Source of the DNA: Pirellulaceae bacterium
GTDB taxonomy: Bacteria; Planctomycetota; Planctomycetia; Pirellulales; Pirellulaceae
Length of the DNA stretch: 48,273 bases
Assembly (NCBI GenBank): GCA_040081565.1
Contig: JBEBGH010000001.1
Coordinates: 1 to 48,273 of the forward strand
Reading direction: 5' to 3'
The notes beneath the pieces were generated by a model. The model ran no database searches, had not been told where the DNA came from, and saw only the letters and a list, made by a program, of their open reading frames with translations. The position numbers were made by a program, and so were the translations under genes. Every line of letters starts with the position of its first letter. Position 1 is the first letter of the stretch. Shown in pieces: positions 1-9,269 of the stretch.

Positions 1-135
1 GACGCAAAAAAATTTCCGCTCGAATTTTCTCGACTTTTTCAAACGAGCCTGATTGTTGGTTTTGGACCTCCAATTACCATAAAGCTGTTAGTCTCGTCGT
101 TTTAATTTGTCTTCCAACTTTTCCGGTACTTTTCT

Positions 136-792
136 ATGAGCTCTTTTTTTATTCGCTGCCAATTGGTTTTGGCAATATTATGCCTCGGGGCTGTGGCTCG
201 CGGTGACGTGCTCGCGAATTATGACTTCACTGGTTCACCAGGAAGTCAAGCCTTTGAAGCCGCCGATTTCCAGGACCCGTTTATTTCGGCGGGGAACATC
301 GTACGCGGAGGTGGCCTCAATTCGGCCGCCGGTGCTAACACAATCAATTCCAATTTTTGGTTTGGCGGCATTGGCCGGTTGTCCTACTATGAATTCACCA
401 TCACGCCGATTGGTGGTGCTGAGATGACGTTGACCAATTTGAGTTACGCCGACCGGCGAAGTGCAACTGGTCCGACCACATTTGATGTGACGACGAGCTT
501 GGATGGTGTAAACTTCACAACCCAATTGCTTTACAACGAAGTCACGGCTGGTTCCGATATTGATCGATCGATTCCATTGGCGGGGTTGGCTAACTTGACA
601 ACAACGGTGACATTTCGGATTTTTGGTTGGAGCTCAACGAACGCTGGGGGACAAAACGCCCTCCTGAATCATTCAACGACAGGTGGTTTGACGGTTGAAG
701 GCACGCTGTTTGTTGTGCCGGAGCCTGCCAGCAGCGGCGTCCTTTTGGCCCTTGGGGCATTGGGGCTAGTCATGCGACGCCGTAAACGTTAG
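136..792 (+). CDS. Secreted PEP-CTERM sorting-domain protein
   Basis: ATG at 136. The N-terminus is a hydrophobic signal (FFIRCQLVLAILCLGAVARG). The C-terminus VPEPASSGVLLALGALGLVMRRRKR is a PEP motif, a TM helix and a basic tail. A hairpin terminator follows. Confidence 0.8.
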   Translation: MSSFFIRCQLVLAILCLGAVARGDVLANYDFTGSPGSQAFEAADFQDPFISAGNIVRGGGLNSAAGANTINSNFWFGGIGRLSYYEFTITPIGGAEMTLTNLSYADRRSATGPTTFDVTTSLDGVNFTTQLLYNEVTAGSDIDRSIPLAGLANLTTTVTFRIFGWSSTNAGGQNALLNHSTTGGLTVEGTLFVVPEPASSGVLLALGALGLVMRRRKR

Positions 793-823
793 ACTACTTG
801 CAACTGGCAATGACGGAAGAACG

Positions 824-856
824 AAAAGCTGCCCTCCCACGAGGGCAGTTTTTTGT
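824..856 (+). terminator. Rho-independent terminator after the PEP-CTERM gene
   Basis: Stem CTGCCCTC (829-836) pairs with GAGGGCAG (841-848) around loop CCAC, followed by TTTTTTGTT. Confidence 0.6.
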
Positions 857-1041
857 TGCGCTGACCGGATTTTTGGCAGCCCCACCCGATTTTTGCTGCC
901 GTCAATCGTCGCACGCATCTCCGAGGCGCGACTGCTGGCAGATGAAAATCCCTGACCCCGCCAGTTTTTGTGAAAGATTGCCGTACGTGCTACGTTATTC
1001 CTTCAGGGAAAGAGCACGTTAATCAATCCGGCACGGTCCAA

Positions 1042-1668
1042 ATGAACGAGATTCCTGAAACTCGAAACAGCCTGCTCCTGCGGCTGGCCGACCCGGCAAA
1101 TGAGATTGCCTGGCAAGATTTTGTGCAAATTTATGAGCCTGTCATCGTTCGCATGGCCATGCGTCGCGGCCTGCAGGTGTCCGATGCGCAAGACCTGAGC
1201 CAGGAAGTTCTAACTCGTGTGGCTCGCACCATCGGCAAATGGAACCCCGGACGGGACCAAGGCTCATTTCGCGGCTGGCTCGCCAAAATTACACGCAATC
1301 TTGTGGTTGACCACTTCCGCAAGCGAAACCGACAACCCAACACCGTCAGCGACTCGGCCTTGGCCGAAAAGAGCTCGCCAGTCGAAGCCGATCTCTTCGC
1401 GGCCGAAGAACAGCATCAAATTTTTTGTTGGGCTGGAGACAAGGCCCGTCGCCATTTTTCGGAAACTACTTGGATCGCTTTCTGGACAAGTTGTGTGGAA
1501 GGCAAGACGCCGCAAGAGACTGCGAAACTTCTTGACGTTTCGGTAGGAGCTGTATACATCGCTCGCAGTCGCGTCCTGGCAAAAATTAAGGAGATCGTTG
1601 AGCAGGCCGGCGCAGAAATTCCTGTAACAAATATTGAGACTCGGAGCGTCAGCCATGAAGACAGATAA
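1042..1668 (+). CDS. ECF-type RNA polymerase sigma-70 family factor
   Basis: Region 2-like LLLRLADP..AWQDFVQIYEPVIVRMAMRRGL..DAQDLSQEVL and region 4 HTH ETAKLLDVSVGAVYIARSRVLAKIKE. I chose the internal ATG at 1042 (MNEIPETRNS) over the ORF-track start at 970. The 3' end overlaps the kinase gene. Confidence 0.85.
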   Translation: MNEIPETRNSLLLRLADPANEIAWQDFVQIYEPVIVRMAMRRGLQVSDAQDLSQEVLTRVARTIGKWNPGRDQGSFRGWLAKITRNLVVDHFRKRNRQPNTVSDSALAEKSSPVEADLFAAEEQHQIFCWAGDKARRHFSETTWIAFWTSCVEGKTPQETAKLLDVSVGAVYIARSRVLAKIKEIVEQAGAEIPVTNIETRSVSHEDR

Positions 1669-3154
1669 CTGTTGCTCACGCGAACAACTCGTTGATATTT
1701 TGAAGTCCACCGAGGACCAGGTGTCTTCCCAACTGGAACAGCACTTGGAGAGTTGCTCGATTTGCCGTCAGCAATTGGAAGAATTGGCTGGCCAGCGGGA
1801 TTGGTGGGTGACTGTAGGAAGCCATTTGTCTTCCACCGACGTTCGCAATTGGAACTCCACGTCAGATTTTGCGGTGGCAGGTGAAGCCCAACGCAGAGCC
1901 GTTCCGTACCAACAACTTCTCGCTGCCCCCTCGCACCCAGAGATGCTGGGCCGCATTGGTCGGTACGATGTTGAAAGTGTGATCGGCCAAGGGGGCTTCG
2001 GCGTTGTCTTCAAGGGTTTCGACACGGAACTCAACCGTCCCGTGGCGATCAAGGTCCTCGCTCCGCACTTGGCAGCCAGCGGAGTCGCGCGGCGTCGATT
2101 CGCCCGCGAGGCGCAGGCCGCCGCCGCAGTGAGCCATCCCAACGTAGTGCCGATTCACGCGGTTGACTCCCAAGCTGAATCGCCATACCTGGTCATGAGT
2201 TATGTGCCTGGTCATTCGTTGCAATCGATCGTGGCCAAATATGGTCCCCTTGATCCGAAGTCGATCGTGAGAATCGGCAAACAAATTGCTTCGGGTTTGT
2301 CCGCCGCGCATCGCCAGGGCTTGGTGCATCGCGACATCAAGCCGGCGAATATCCTGCTGGAGAACGACCTTAGCCGCGCGATGATTACCGACTTCGGCTT
2401 GGCTCGAGCCGCCGATGATGCCGCGGCAACTCAAACCGGTTGGCTCGCCGGGACACCGCTATACATGTCCCCTGAACAGGCACGCGGGGGCGACATTGAC
2501 GCTCGCAGCGATTTGTTCAGTCTCGGAAGCGTGTTGTATTACCTGGCCACGGGTCGCGAGCCGTTTCGGGGAGAATCACCACTGGCCGTTTTGCGAATGA
2601 TTGGCGAAAGTGAGCCGTTGCTGGCTCATCAAATCAACTCAGAGATTCCACGGGAACTTTCCCAGGTAATTGCTCGGCTTTTGGAAAAGGACCCCCGCGA
2701 TCGATTCGCATCGGCCGAACACCTCGAACAACATTTGGAACAATACCTGGCTCATTTGCAGCAACCTCAGGCCTGCCCCCAACCGCGCTTGGGACTCTCA
2801 CGTCGAGTAAAAAATGATTTCTGGCGAATCGGATCGGCGGCTGCAGTTCTGGGTTTGACCGCCGTAGCACTGCTGGGGCTTCGTTGGTGGCTGCCCACGA
2901 CACCTGAACTCGAACCGAGTTCAGCAATGACGTGGGCCGAGTCGCTGGAACGAATTCAAGCCGATCGGGCCTTTGACCAAGATGTCCAAAACCTCACGCG
3001 CGAAGTCCAGACGGCAGAACGTCTGATTTTCAGCCCGCTACCTGCGGATTTCGGCCTATCGGGTGACCCGCTGCAACAAGAAATCAACCGCACAAAATCG
3101 ATTTTGCAATCTGTTGAGATCAGCTTTTTAGAAGATGAGAAACCAAGGCAATAA
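1655..3154 (+). CDS. Membrane Ser/Thr protein kinase with an N-terminal zinc-finger anti-sigma-like motif
   Basis: Hanks kinase motifs are present: GQGGFGVV, VAIKVL, HRDIKPANILL, DFG, MSPEQ. The N-terminus carries H-x3-C-x2-C (HLESCSIC, nt 1742-1765). One TM helix (AAAVLGLTAVALLGLRWWL). ATG 1655 overlaps the sigma gene stop (1666-1668) by 14 nt; the start could also be 1634. Confidence 0.9.
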   Translation: MKTDNCCSREQLVDILKSTEDQVSSQLEQHLESCSICRQQLEELAGQRDWWVTVGSHLSSTDVRNWNSTSDFAVAGEAQRRAVPYQQLLAAPSHPEMLGRIGRYDVESVIGQGGFGVVFKGFDTELNRPVAIKVLAPHLAASGVARRRFAREAQAAAAVSHPNVVPIHAVDSQAESPYLVMSYVPGHSLQSIVAKYGPLDPKSIVRIGKQIASGLSAAHRQGLVHRDIKPANILLENDLSRAMITDFGLARAADDAAATQTGWLAGTPLYMSPEQARGGDIDARSDLFSLGSVLYYLATGREPFRGESPLAVLRMIGESEPLLAHQINSEIPRELSQVIARLLEKDPRDRFASAEHLEQHLEQYLAHLQQPQACPQPRLGLSRRVKNDFWRIGSAAAVLGLTAVALLGLRWWLPTTPELEPSSAMTWAESLERIQADRAFDQDVQNLTREVQTAERLIFSPLPADFGLSGDPLQQEINRTKSILQSVEISFLEDEKPRQ

Positions 3155-3199
3155 CCGGGCACTATTCCGGAAATTGTCTCAACCACAAGGAACCTTTCG

Positions 3200-3835
3200 A
3201 TGATGAAACTCTATTTGATTTTTTCGGCCGCAGTGGCGGCGCTGTTTATGACTTTACCAACTCCTCAAGAACCTTTGTCAACGCCGCGCGCGCCAGCCCA
3301 AGCATCCGCCCCGGCAGCTGTAATTGCTCCGGTCCAATATCCATCGAGGGCGCTTTTCGGGTCAACTCAAGACAGCAACACCATCGCGGTCGCTGGTTTC
3401 TACGAACAGCGGCCTGGAGAAATGTCTAAAGCAATGCAGACTTATCGCGACGCAAAATCTGATGAAGACAAGGCCACTGCCCGCGATGAGATCAAGGTCC
3501 AATTGGCCAAACAATACGACGAGTTGCTTGCCAATCAGGAACACCAAATAAAAGAGTTAGAGGATCGTATCGCAAAACTGAAAGACCAATTGTCTCGCCG
3601 CCGCGACGCCAAAGAGAAAATGGTTAATCTGAAACTGGAAATGGTGTTAAGTCAGGCCGATGGACTTGGTTGGCCCGATAATGATCACTCCGCACGAAGC
3701 CCCTTTGGAGTCAACGTTGTCCGTCCGCCAAATCCAGCAGGATGGAGTGACGCAAACTCAGTCGAGCAACGCGCCGTGGAAGAGCGCTATCGTGAGGACC
3801 AAGATCGCGCCGAACGACGAACCCGAACCAAATAA
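3200..3835 (+). CDS. Secreted coiled-coil protein, function unknown
   Basis: ATG at 3200 with a signal-like N-terminus (LYLIFSAAVAALFMTL). The central segment has a charged heptad-like pattern (QLAKQYDELLANQEHQIKELEDRIAKLKDQL). It lies 46 nt after the kinase gene and a hairpin terminator follows. Confidence 0.6.
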   Translation: MMKLYLIFSAAVAALFMTLPTPQEPLSTPRAPAQASAPAAVIAPVQYPSRALFGSTQDSNTIAVAGFYEQRPGEMSKAMQTYRDAKSDEDKATARDEIKVQLAKQYDELLANQEHQIKELEDRIAKLKDQLSRRRDAKEKMVNLKLEMVLSQADGLGWPDNDHSARSPFGVNVVRPPNPAGWSDANSVEQRAVEERYREDQDRAERRTRTK

Positions 3836-3874
3836 ATCCAAGGAAACTGTAATTGGTCTAAAGTCCATTTCATC

Positions 3875-3908
3875 AAAGCCACGGGCAAATTGCTCGTGGC
3901 TTTTTTTG
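3875..3908 (+). terminator. Rho-independent terminator
   Basis: AGCCACG (3877-3883) pairs with CGTGGCT (3895-3901), followed by a T7 run (3901-3907). Confidence 0.6.
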
Positions 3909-3998
3909 ATTCAACACTTCGAACCCTCCTTTACTAGCGGCAGGCCAATAGAAATTGAACTACAATGCGTTTTTAATTTTTTTGTTGGAGACGACTCA

Positions 3999-5897
3999 AT
4001 GCGACGCGGGTTACTTTCACGTTTCATTCTGATTGGTTTGTGTTGGTTGATTGCGAGTCAACCGCCATTCCTCGAAGCTCAACAGCAAAATGACCTGGCG
4101 ACGAAATATGAGAAGCGCGAGGCGAAAATAGCCATGCGCGACGGCGCGAAACTGCATGTTTCCATCTACTCGCCGCGCGACAAGACCCAGTCGTACCCGA
4201 TCATGCTCAATCGCACCTGTTATAGTTGCCAACCCTACGGCGAGCAGAATTACCCGAATCGCATTGGTCCTTCCAAATTTATGGAGGCCGAGGGCTACAT
4301 CTTCGTCAAATGCGATGTGCGTGGTCGCTGGAATTCGGAAGGCAAGTTCGACAATATGCGTCCGCACGTTCCAGGCGATGGGGCAATCGACGAAAGTTCA
4401 GATACCTTCGACACCATCGAGTGGCTTCTGAAAAACGTGCCCAGCAACAATGGAAAGGTCGGCATTTCAGGGATTTCGTATCCGGGTTTTTATTCGGCTG
4501 CTGCCTTGCCAGAACATCATCCGGCGCTCGTCGCCGCGTCACCTCAAGCTCCGGTTTCGGATTTCTATTTCGACGACTTTCATCATCAAGGCGCTTACCT
4601 GCTCAGTTACTTCGTAGCCACTGCGACGTTTGGCTACCAACACAACGGGCCGACTACGACCAGTTGGTATAAATCACCCAAGCCGAGCAGCGAGGATGCA
4701 TGGACGTTCTACCGCTCCATCACACCGCTCAGCAAAGCCAAGGAATATTACGGCGAGGATAATTTCTTCTGGCAGGAAATCGTCGAGCACCCGAATTACG
4801 ACGAGTTTTGGCAGAAGCGGAGCATCCTGCCGCATTTAAAAAATGTGAAAACCAACGTGATGACGGTGGGTGGTTTTTTTGACGCCGAGGACTTGTATGG
4901 TCCGCTGCACATTTACCAAGAGCTGGAAAAGAACAATCCGGGAATTCACAACACGCTGGTCATGGGACCTTGGGGTCATGGTGACTGGGCTCGAGCAACG
5001 CCGATCCAGGTTGTGGGCAACGTGCCGTTCGGACCTAACATTGCAGAAGCCTATCAGCGAGATATCGAGGCACCTTTCTTTCGTCATTTTTTGAAGGGGG
5101 TCGGCGAGAAACCGAATACCGAGGCCCATATTTTCGACACCGGTCGCCGCGAATGGAAGTCCTTCGAAAGCTGGCCGCCCAAAAATGCGTCCGACAGTGC
5201 GCTGTACCTGAGTGCAGACCGCAAGCTTACAACCCAGCCACAACCATCGCGCGAAAAACCCTTCGACGAGTTCACCAGCAATCCTGCCGATCCCGTCCCC
5301 TATCGCGATCGCCCGGACATCCGCCTGCAATTTACGCCGCGGCAATACATGACCGATAACCAGAAGTTTGCCTCGCAACGCCGCGATGTTTTGGTTTTTG
5401 AAACGGATGTGTTGCAGGAACCACTCACCATCGTCGGCGATATTACCGCCGAATTGTTTGTCAGCACCAGTCAGTCCGATGCTGATTGGGTGGTCAAGCT
5501 GATTGACGTGTATCCCGACGATCACCCACAGTTGCCGGGAACGCCAGCGAATATTACGCTGGCCGGCTATCAGCAAATGGTCCGCAGCGAGGTTCTACGC
5601 GGACGATTCCGCAATAGTTTTGAACGGCCAGAGCCGTTCGAGTCGAACAAAGTCACGCGGGTGGATGTTCCCCTGCAAGATGTCCTCCACACGTTCAAAC
5701 CTGGCCACCGAGTGATGGTGCATGTTCAAAGCAGCTGGTTTCCGCTGATCGACTTGAACCCGCAAAAATTTGTGCCCAACATCTTCAAAGCGACCGAAAG
5801 CGATTTCGTTTCGGCAGTTCACCGCGTCTATCACGACGAAAAGAACTTAAGTCGCCTCAAGATCCGGTTGTTGCCCAACGGCCAACCCCGACAATAG
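3999..5897 (+). CDS. CocE/NonD family hydrolase (X-Pro dipeptidyl-peptidase S15-like), secreted
   Basis: The internal ATG at 3999 gives a signal peptide (MRRGLLSRFILIGLCWLIAS). It has the nucleophile elbow GISYPGFY and an overall alpha/beta N-domain plus a C-terminal beta-sandwich typical of the family. The ORF-track portion 3660-3998 overlaps the upstream gene and its terminator. Confidence 0.85.
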   Translation: MRRGLLSRFILIGLCWLIASQPPFLEAQQQNDLATKYEKREAKIAMRDGAKLHVSIYSPRDKTQSYPIMLNRTCYSCQPYGEQNYPNRIGPSKFMEAEGYIFVKCDVRGRWNSEGKFDNMRPHVPGDGAIDESSDTFDTIEWLLKNVPSNNGKVGISGISYPGFYSAAALPEHHPALVAASPQAPVSDFYFDDFHHQGAYLLSYFVATATFGYQHNGPTTTSWYKSPKPSSEDAWTFYRSITPLSKAKEYYGEDNFFWQEIVEHPNYDEFWQKRSILPHLKNVKTNVMTVGGFFDAEDLYGPLHIYQELEKNNPGIHNTLVMGPWGHGDWARATPIQVVGNVPFGPNIAEAYQRDIEAPFFRHFLKGVGEKPNTEAHIFDTGRREWKSFESWPPKNASDSALYLSADRKLTTQPQPSREKPFDEFTSNPADPVPYRDRPDIRLQFTPRQYMTDNQKFASQRRDVLVFETDVLQEPLTIVGDITAELFVSTSQSDADWVVKLIDVYPDDHPQLPGTPANITLAGYQQMVRSEVLRGRFRNSFERPEPFESNKVTRVDVPLQDVLHTFKPGHRVMVHVQSSWFPLIDLNPQKFVPNIFKATESDFVSAVHRVYHDEKNLSRLKIRLLPNGQPRQ

Positions 5898-5927
5898 ATA
5901 ATAGGCTCAAGCAAAAAGCGTCGGCGA

Positions 5928-6350
5928 CTAATTGTTGTTCGCTGGAGGTTTGATCGTGATCACAGGGCAGGGTGCGTTCTGCATCACGGCTTGGGCGATA
6001 CTCCCCATCAATAGCTTGGACAAGCCCGTGCGGCCGTGAGTGCCCATCACGATCAGATCCGCCTTGCGCTTCTCGGCAAAATGCACGATCACTTCGCCGG
6101 GGTTGCCTTTCAGCGTTAAATGTTCTAGTTCGATGGATTTGTCGAACAGACCACGTTCGCGTATTCGATCTTTGGCGTCGTTAATCATAGCACCGACGAT
6201 GGTTGTCTTTTCATCCGCGCTGCCAGGCTCAATCACGTGTAACAGGATGACCTTCGACTCACCCGAGCGAGCCAATTTGCCAGCCAACTCGATCGCCAAG
6301 TCAGATGTGCTCGAGTAGTCGACCGGACACAAAATAAGATGGGTGTTCAT
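5928..6350 (-). CDS. Universal stress protein (UspA family)
   Basis: 140 aa. ILCPVDYSSTS near the N-terminus and GTHGRTGLSKLLMGSIAQAVMQNAPCPVITI near the C-terminus (ATP-binding G-x2-G-x9-G(S/T) pattern). Confidence 0.85.
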   Translation of the reverse strand: MNTHLILCPVDYSSTSDLAIELAGKLARSGESKVILLHVIEPGSADEKTTIVGAMINDAKDRIRERGLFDKSIELEHLTLKGNPGEVIVHFAEKRKADLIVMGTHGRTGLSKLLMGSIAQAVMQNAPCPVITIKPPANNN

Positions 6351-6439
6351 GGTTTGTTTAAGTCCACCATTTAATGAATTGGATGTCTGACGTTATTATC
6401 GCTGCCGTTGGCCAAAGATTCCACGCAGAGAAACGAAAT

Positions 6440-7237
6440 TTACGATCTTCGCAAATAAGCCAGCCAGTAAATCCCGGCAACGAGAATGGTGCCGCCAATC
6501 ATGTTGCCGGCAGTAACCGCGACGAGGTTCGTCGCTACGGCAGCCGTCGTGCCAATCCCTTCGACTCCCAAAAGCAGGCCGATCGGCAAGAAAAACCAAT
6601 TGGCTATGGAATGCTCTAATCCCAACACGACAAATGCCGAAACCGGAAGGATGATGGCCAGGATTTTGTCGGCGACACCTCTGCCAGCCATCGCTACCCA
6701 CACCGCCAAACAAACCAGAGCATTGCACAGGATGCCTCGCGCTAGCGCAACGTCCCACGGCAGTTGCAGCTTCGCCTCGGCAATATTCACCAGCGTCTGG
6801 GCGACGGCTCCCTCGGCCAACCGGTCGACATCAGCCCACACTACCAGCCAAACACTGAGCAAACATCCAATCACGTTGCCAAGGTAGGCCAAGACCCAAC
6901 TGCGCAAAAGCGCGGTCGTACTCACGAGTCGACTGGCCCAAGCCATCGCAATCAAGTTATTTCCGGTAAAGAGTTCGGCTCCGGCGACAACGACGAGAAT
7001 CAAGCCCATGCTGAAACCGACTCCGCCCACCATTCGCGTGAGTCCGAATCCGAGATTGCTCCCCGTAATCAGAACAGCATAGAAGATCGCCCCCATTGAG
7101 ATGAAGGCTCCCGCCAGAATCGACAGTAGCAAAAACTGAGTCGCATTCGCCTGAGCCTTGCTCACCCCCGCAGTTTCGACGAGTTTGGCAATTTCCCGAG
7201 GCGTTCGCGATTCCATTGAAGTTTTTATTTCATCCAT
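6440..7237 (-). CDS. Formate/nitrite transporter (FNT) family channel
   Basis: Six hydrophobic helices with FNT-like motifs (AGAELFTGN; LGLEHSIANWF). The start is taken at the internal ATG (MDEIKTSM, CAT at 7235-7237). Confidence 0.85.
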   Translation of the reverse strand: MDEIKTSMESRTPREIAKLVETAGVSKAQANATQFLLLSILAGAFISMGAIFYAVLITGSNLGFGLTRMVGGVGFSMGLILVVVAGAELFTGNNLIAMAWASRLVSTTALLRSWVLAYLGNVIGCLLSVWLVVWADVDRLAEGAVAQTLVNIAEAKLQLPWDVALARGILCNALVCLAVWVAMAGRGVADKILAIILPVSAFVVLGLEHSIANWFFLPIGLLLGVEGIGTTAAVATNLVAVTAGNMIGGTILVAGIYWLAYLRRS

Positions 7238-7301
7238 TGAATGCCGCTTTCCATTTTGTTTTGCTTCACAAGCGGACAGACACGTCGAAGGTATCACCGT
7301 G

Positions 7302-8216
7302 TTACTTGTTGCCTTGTTCGTTCAAAAAACGATCGAACCACTCAATCGAGGCCTGAGTCGCTCGCTTCGAATCGTCGCCGCGAAAGCCATGTCCAGCGCC
7401 TTCAATAGTGATCAACTCGCAGGGCACCTTGTCTTCATCAAAAGCCGCCTTGATCTCTTCGCTATGACGCAACGGAACCAGTCGGTCCTTGGTCCCGTGA
7501 ATGAGCAAGGTCGGTGCATCGTCGGGCGTGACACACACTAACGGCGAAACGTCTTCGCCTTTGGCTTTGTCGAAATCCAAGGCTGGAAAATCACGACTCG
7601 GGCCCACCATCGAGCGCAAGTCCGTCGGCGGGAAATAGGCGACCACCGCCGCAACCTTGGCCGAATTTTTGGGTGAGGCAGCCTCTTCGCTTTTGTCTGG
7701 GGACTTGGTTGAATTGGTGTCGGTCCCAAGCATCAACGACAAATGCCCGCCGGCGCTCATTCCGCAAACGCCCATCCGATTCGCTTCGAATCCAAAGTCA
7801 CCGCACTTGTCGTGCAAGAATTTGATCGCCTTTTTTACATCGGCCACAGCATCCGGCACTTTAAACAGAGGCGCGCTGCCATGACGCAGAAGAATCACTA
7901 CATACCCGCGGTTCACAAGTTCGTTGAGCATTTCGACTCGGCGATAAGTCTCCGGCGGAAACCAATTCGAATTCCATCCGCCACTGACGACAAAGATGAC
8001 AGCCGCACCATTTTGTTTTTCGGGGCGAATGACATCCAACGTCAGGGCCATACCCATCTTATGGCCATACACCACATCGGCCTCAATGGTCGGTGTTGCC
8101 TTCGCCGCCGCAGAGGGTGCTTCGGCAGAGGGTGCCTCTTGCGCAGTTGCAACAGTTTGAAAAATTGCGGCAAGGCTTAGTCCCAGAAGCAAAAACAATT
8201 GATGTTTGGACGACAT
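7302..8216 (-). CDS. Secreted alpha/beta hydrolase (esterase/lipase-type)
   Basis: The internal ATG (CAT at 8214-8216) gives the signal peptide MSSKHQLFLLLGLSLAAIFQTVATAQ. Nucleophile elbow GMSAGGH; the acid and His region is HGTKDRLVP...GAGHGF. The ORF-track extension to 8612 overlaps the next gene. Confidence 0.8.
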   Translation of the reverse strand: MSSKHQLFLLLGLSLAAIFQTVATAQEAPSAEAPSAAAKATPTIEADVVYGHKMGMALTLDVIRPEKQNGAAVIFVVSGGWNSNWFPPETYRRVEMLNELVNRGYVVILLRHGSAPLFKVPDAVADVKKAIKFLHDKCGDFGFEANRMGVCGMSAGGHLSLMLGTDTNSTKSPDKSEEAASPKNSAKVAAVVAYFPPTDLRSMVGPSRDFPALDFDKAKGEDVSPLVCVTPDDAPTLLIHGTKDRLVPLRHSEEIKAAFDEDKVPCELITIEGAGHGFRGDDSKRATQASIEWFDRFLNEQGNK

Positions 8217-8388
8217 AATACAAACCATTAATGTTGCGAAGCGAAAATAAGTTCCGCCTTTCCCAGAATCTGACCCCAGCTGGGATAGGCCGTTGGTCAA
8301 TTGTATTTGACTTCGAATCGATCGTGTTGGCTCGAACGCAGCTTTTTTGGCCCGCGACAGGTGCAAGTGATCGCAACTCTCGATTGCC

Positions 8389-8883
8389 TTACGAATTAAT
8401 GACGCGCTCGAGACGAGGATCTCGATTTCGCAAATCAATTCCACCCTCCAGAGTGGATTTAAGATTGGCAAGGTAAAACGTCCAGCCTTCTCCGCAGCCC
8501 ACAAAATAAGTCGAGCGGCCTTGATCGTCGTCAGGAATGTTCTCCTGCCGCAATTCGACGAGAGTCGTTTCATGTTCGCGGAGAATCGCGATCGTAACGA
8601 CCATTGGGTCATGAAAAGTGAACTTCAGACGATCGGTGCCGTTAGCCTCAAGAATCTCGCCGCGCAAGTTGGCTTCATCGCCCCAGCCATGCCAAGCCCA
8701 CAGATAGCGATCGCCGGACATGAAATAATCTTGCTTTCCCCGCTCGCCGCCCGCTGCCATTGAACACTCGGCCCCACGCAGCAGCCAGCTTTCCAATCCA
8801 TGGCAGGTGGCCCAAGCACGATAAATGGCTTCTGGCTTCGCATTGATTGTCACTCGTTTGGTAAACCGGGTCCAATCACTCAT
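8389..8883 (-). CDS. SRPBCC superfamily protein (Aha1/AHSA1-like domain)
   Basis: 164 aa starting at MSDWTRFTKRVTINAKPEAIYRAWAT. The length and pattern (W..GW......G.I.....P...L.F.W) are typical of the activator-of-Hsp90-ATPase-like SRPBCC fold. Confidence 0.65.
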   Translation of the reverse strand: MSDWTRFTKRVTINAKPEAIYRAWATCHGLESWLLRGAECSMAAGGERGKQDYFMSGDRYLWAWHGWGDEANLRGEILEANGTDRLKFTFHDPMVVTIAILREHETTLVELRQENIPDDDQGRSTYFVGCGEGWTFYLANLKSTLEGGIDLRNRDPRLERVINS

Positions 8884-8988
8884 GAGATCCCTCCGGGCAT
8901 CGGCGATTCGAGACAAAAAACGACATGAAAGGAAGTTTAATCGAAGGCTTCGCCCGGGCCAACGAGTACCGGTCAATTGACGTGGTCG

Positions 8989-9006
8989 ATAGCCGACATC
9001 GGCTAT
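8989..9006. promoter_or_regulatory. 18-bp near-perfect palindrome in a divergent intergenic region
   Basis: ATAGCCGA-CA-TCGGCTAT lies between the SRPBCC gene (-) and the AbgT gene (+). It is a candidate operator only. Confidence 0.25.
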
Positions 9007-9269
9007 TCCCCTTTTGCGCTCCAAGCAAATCCGTTTGTCGTAATCTTGATACTAGCACGCAGCGCGAGCAAGTGTGTTCTTGGCGGGTGAAAACAGAACT
9101 CGCCTTGCGCCTCGTGCTGATACTGTCGTTCAACAAATCTTGTCGGAGTCGCCGTGGGTTTGCACGCACGCCGCAAGAAGTGATTACAATGATGCCACGC
9201 GGTATGTGGTTAACGCTTGTGGCCAGCAAATCGTTCGGTTTTTTATGCAAATGGGAAGGTAACTTAATC

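Noticed and set aside
3660-3998. N-terminal 113-codon extension of the CocE/NonD ORF
   Set aside because: It overlaps the 3' end of the upstream CDS and its terminator hairpin. The internal ATG 3999 gives a proper signal peptide.
8217-8612. N-terminal extension of the alpha/beta hydrolase ORF
   Set aside because: It overlaps the SRPBCC gene on the same strand. The internal Met gives a canonical signal peptide and the extension has no domain-like sequence.
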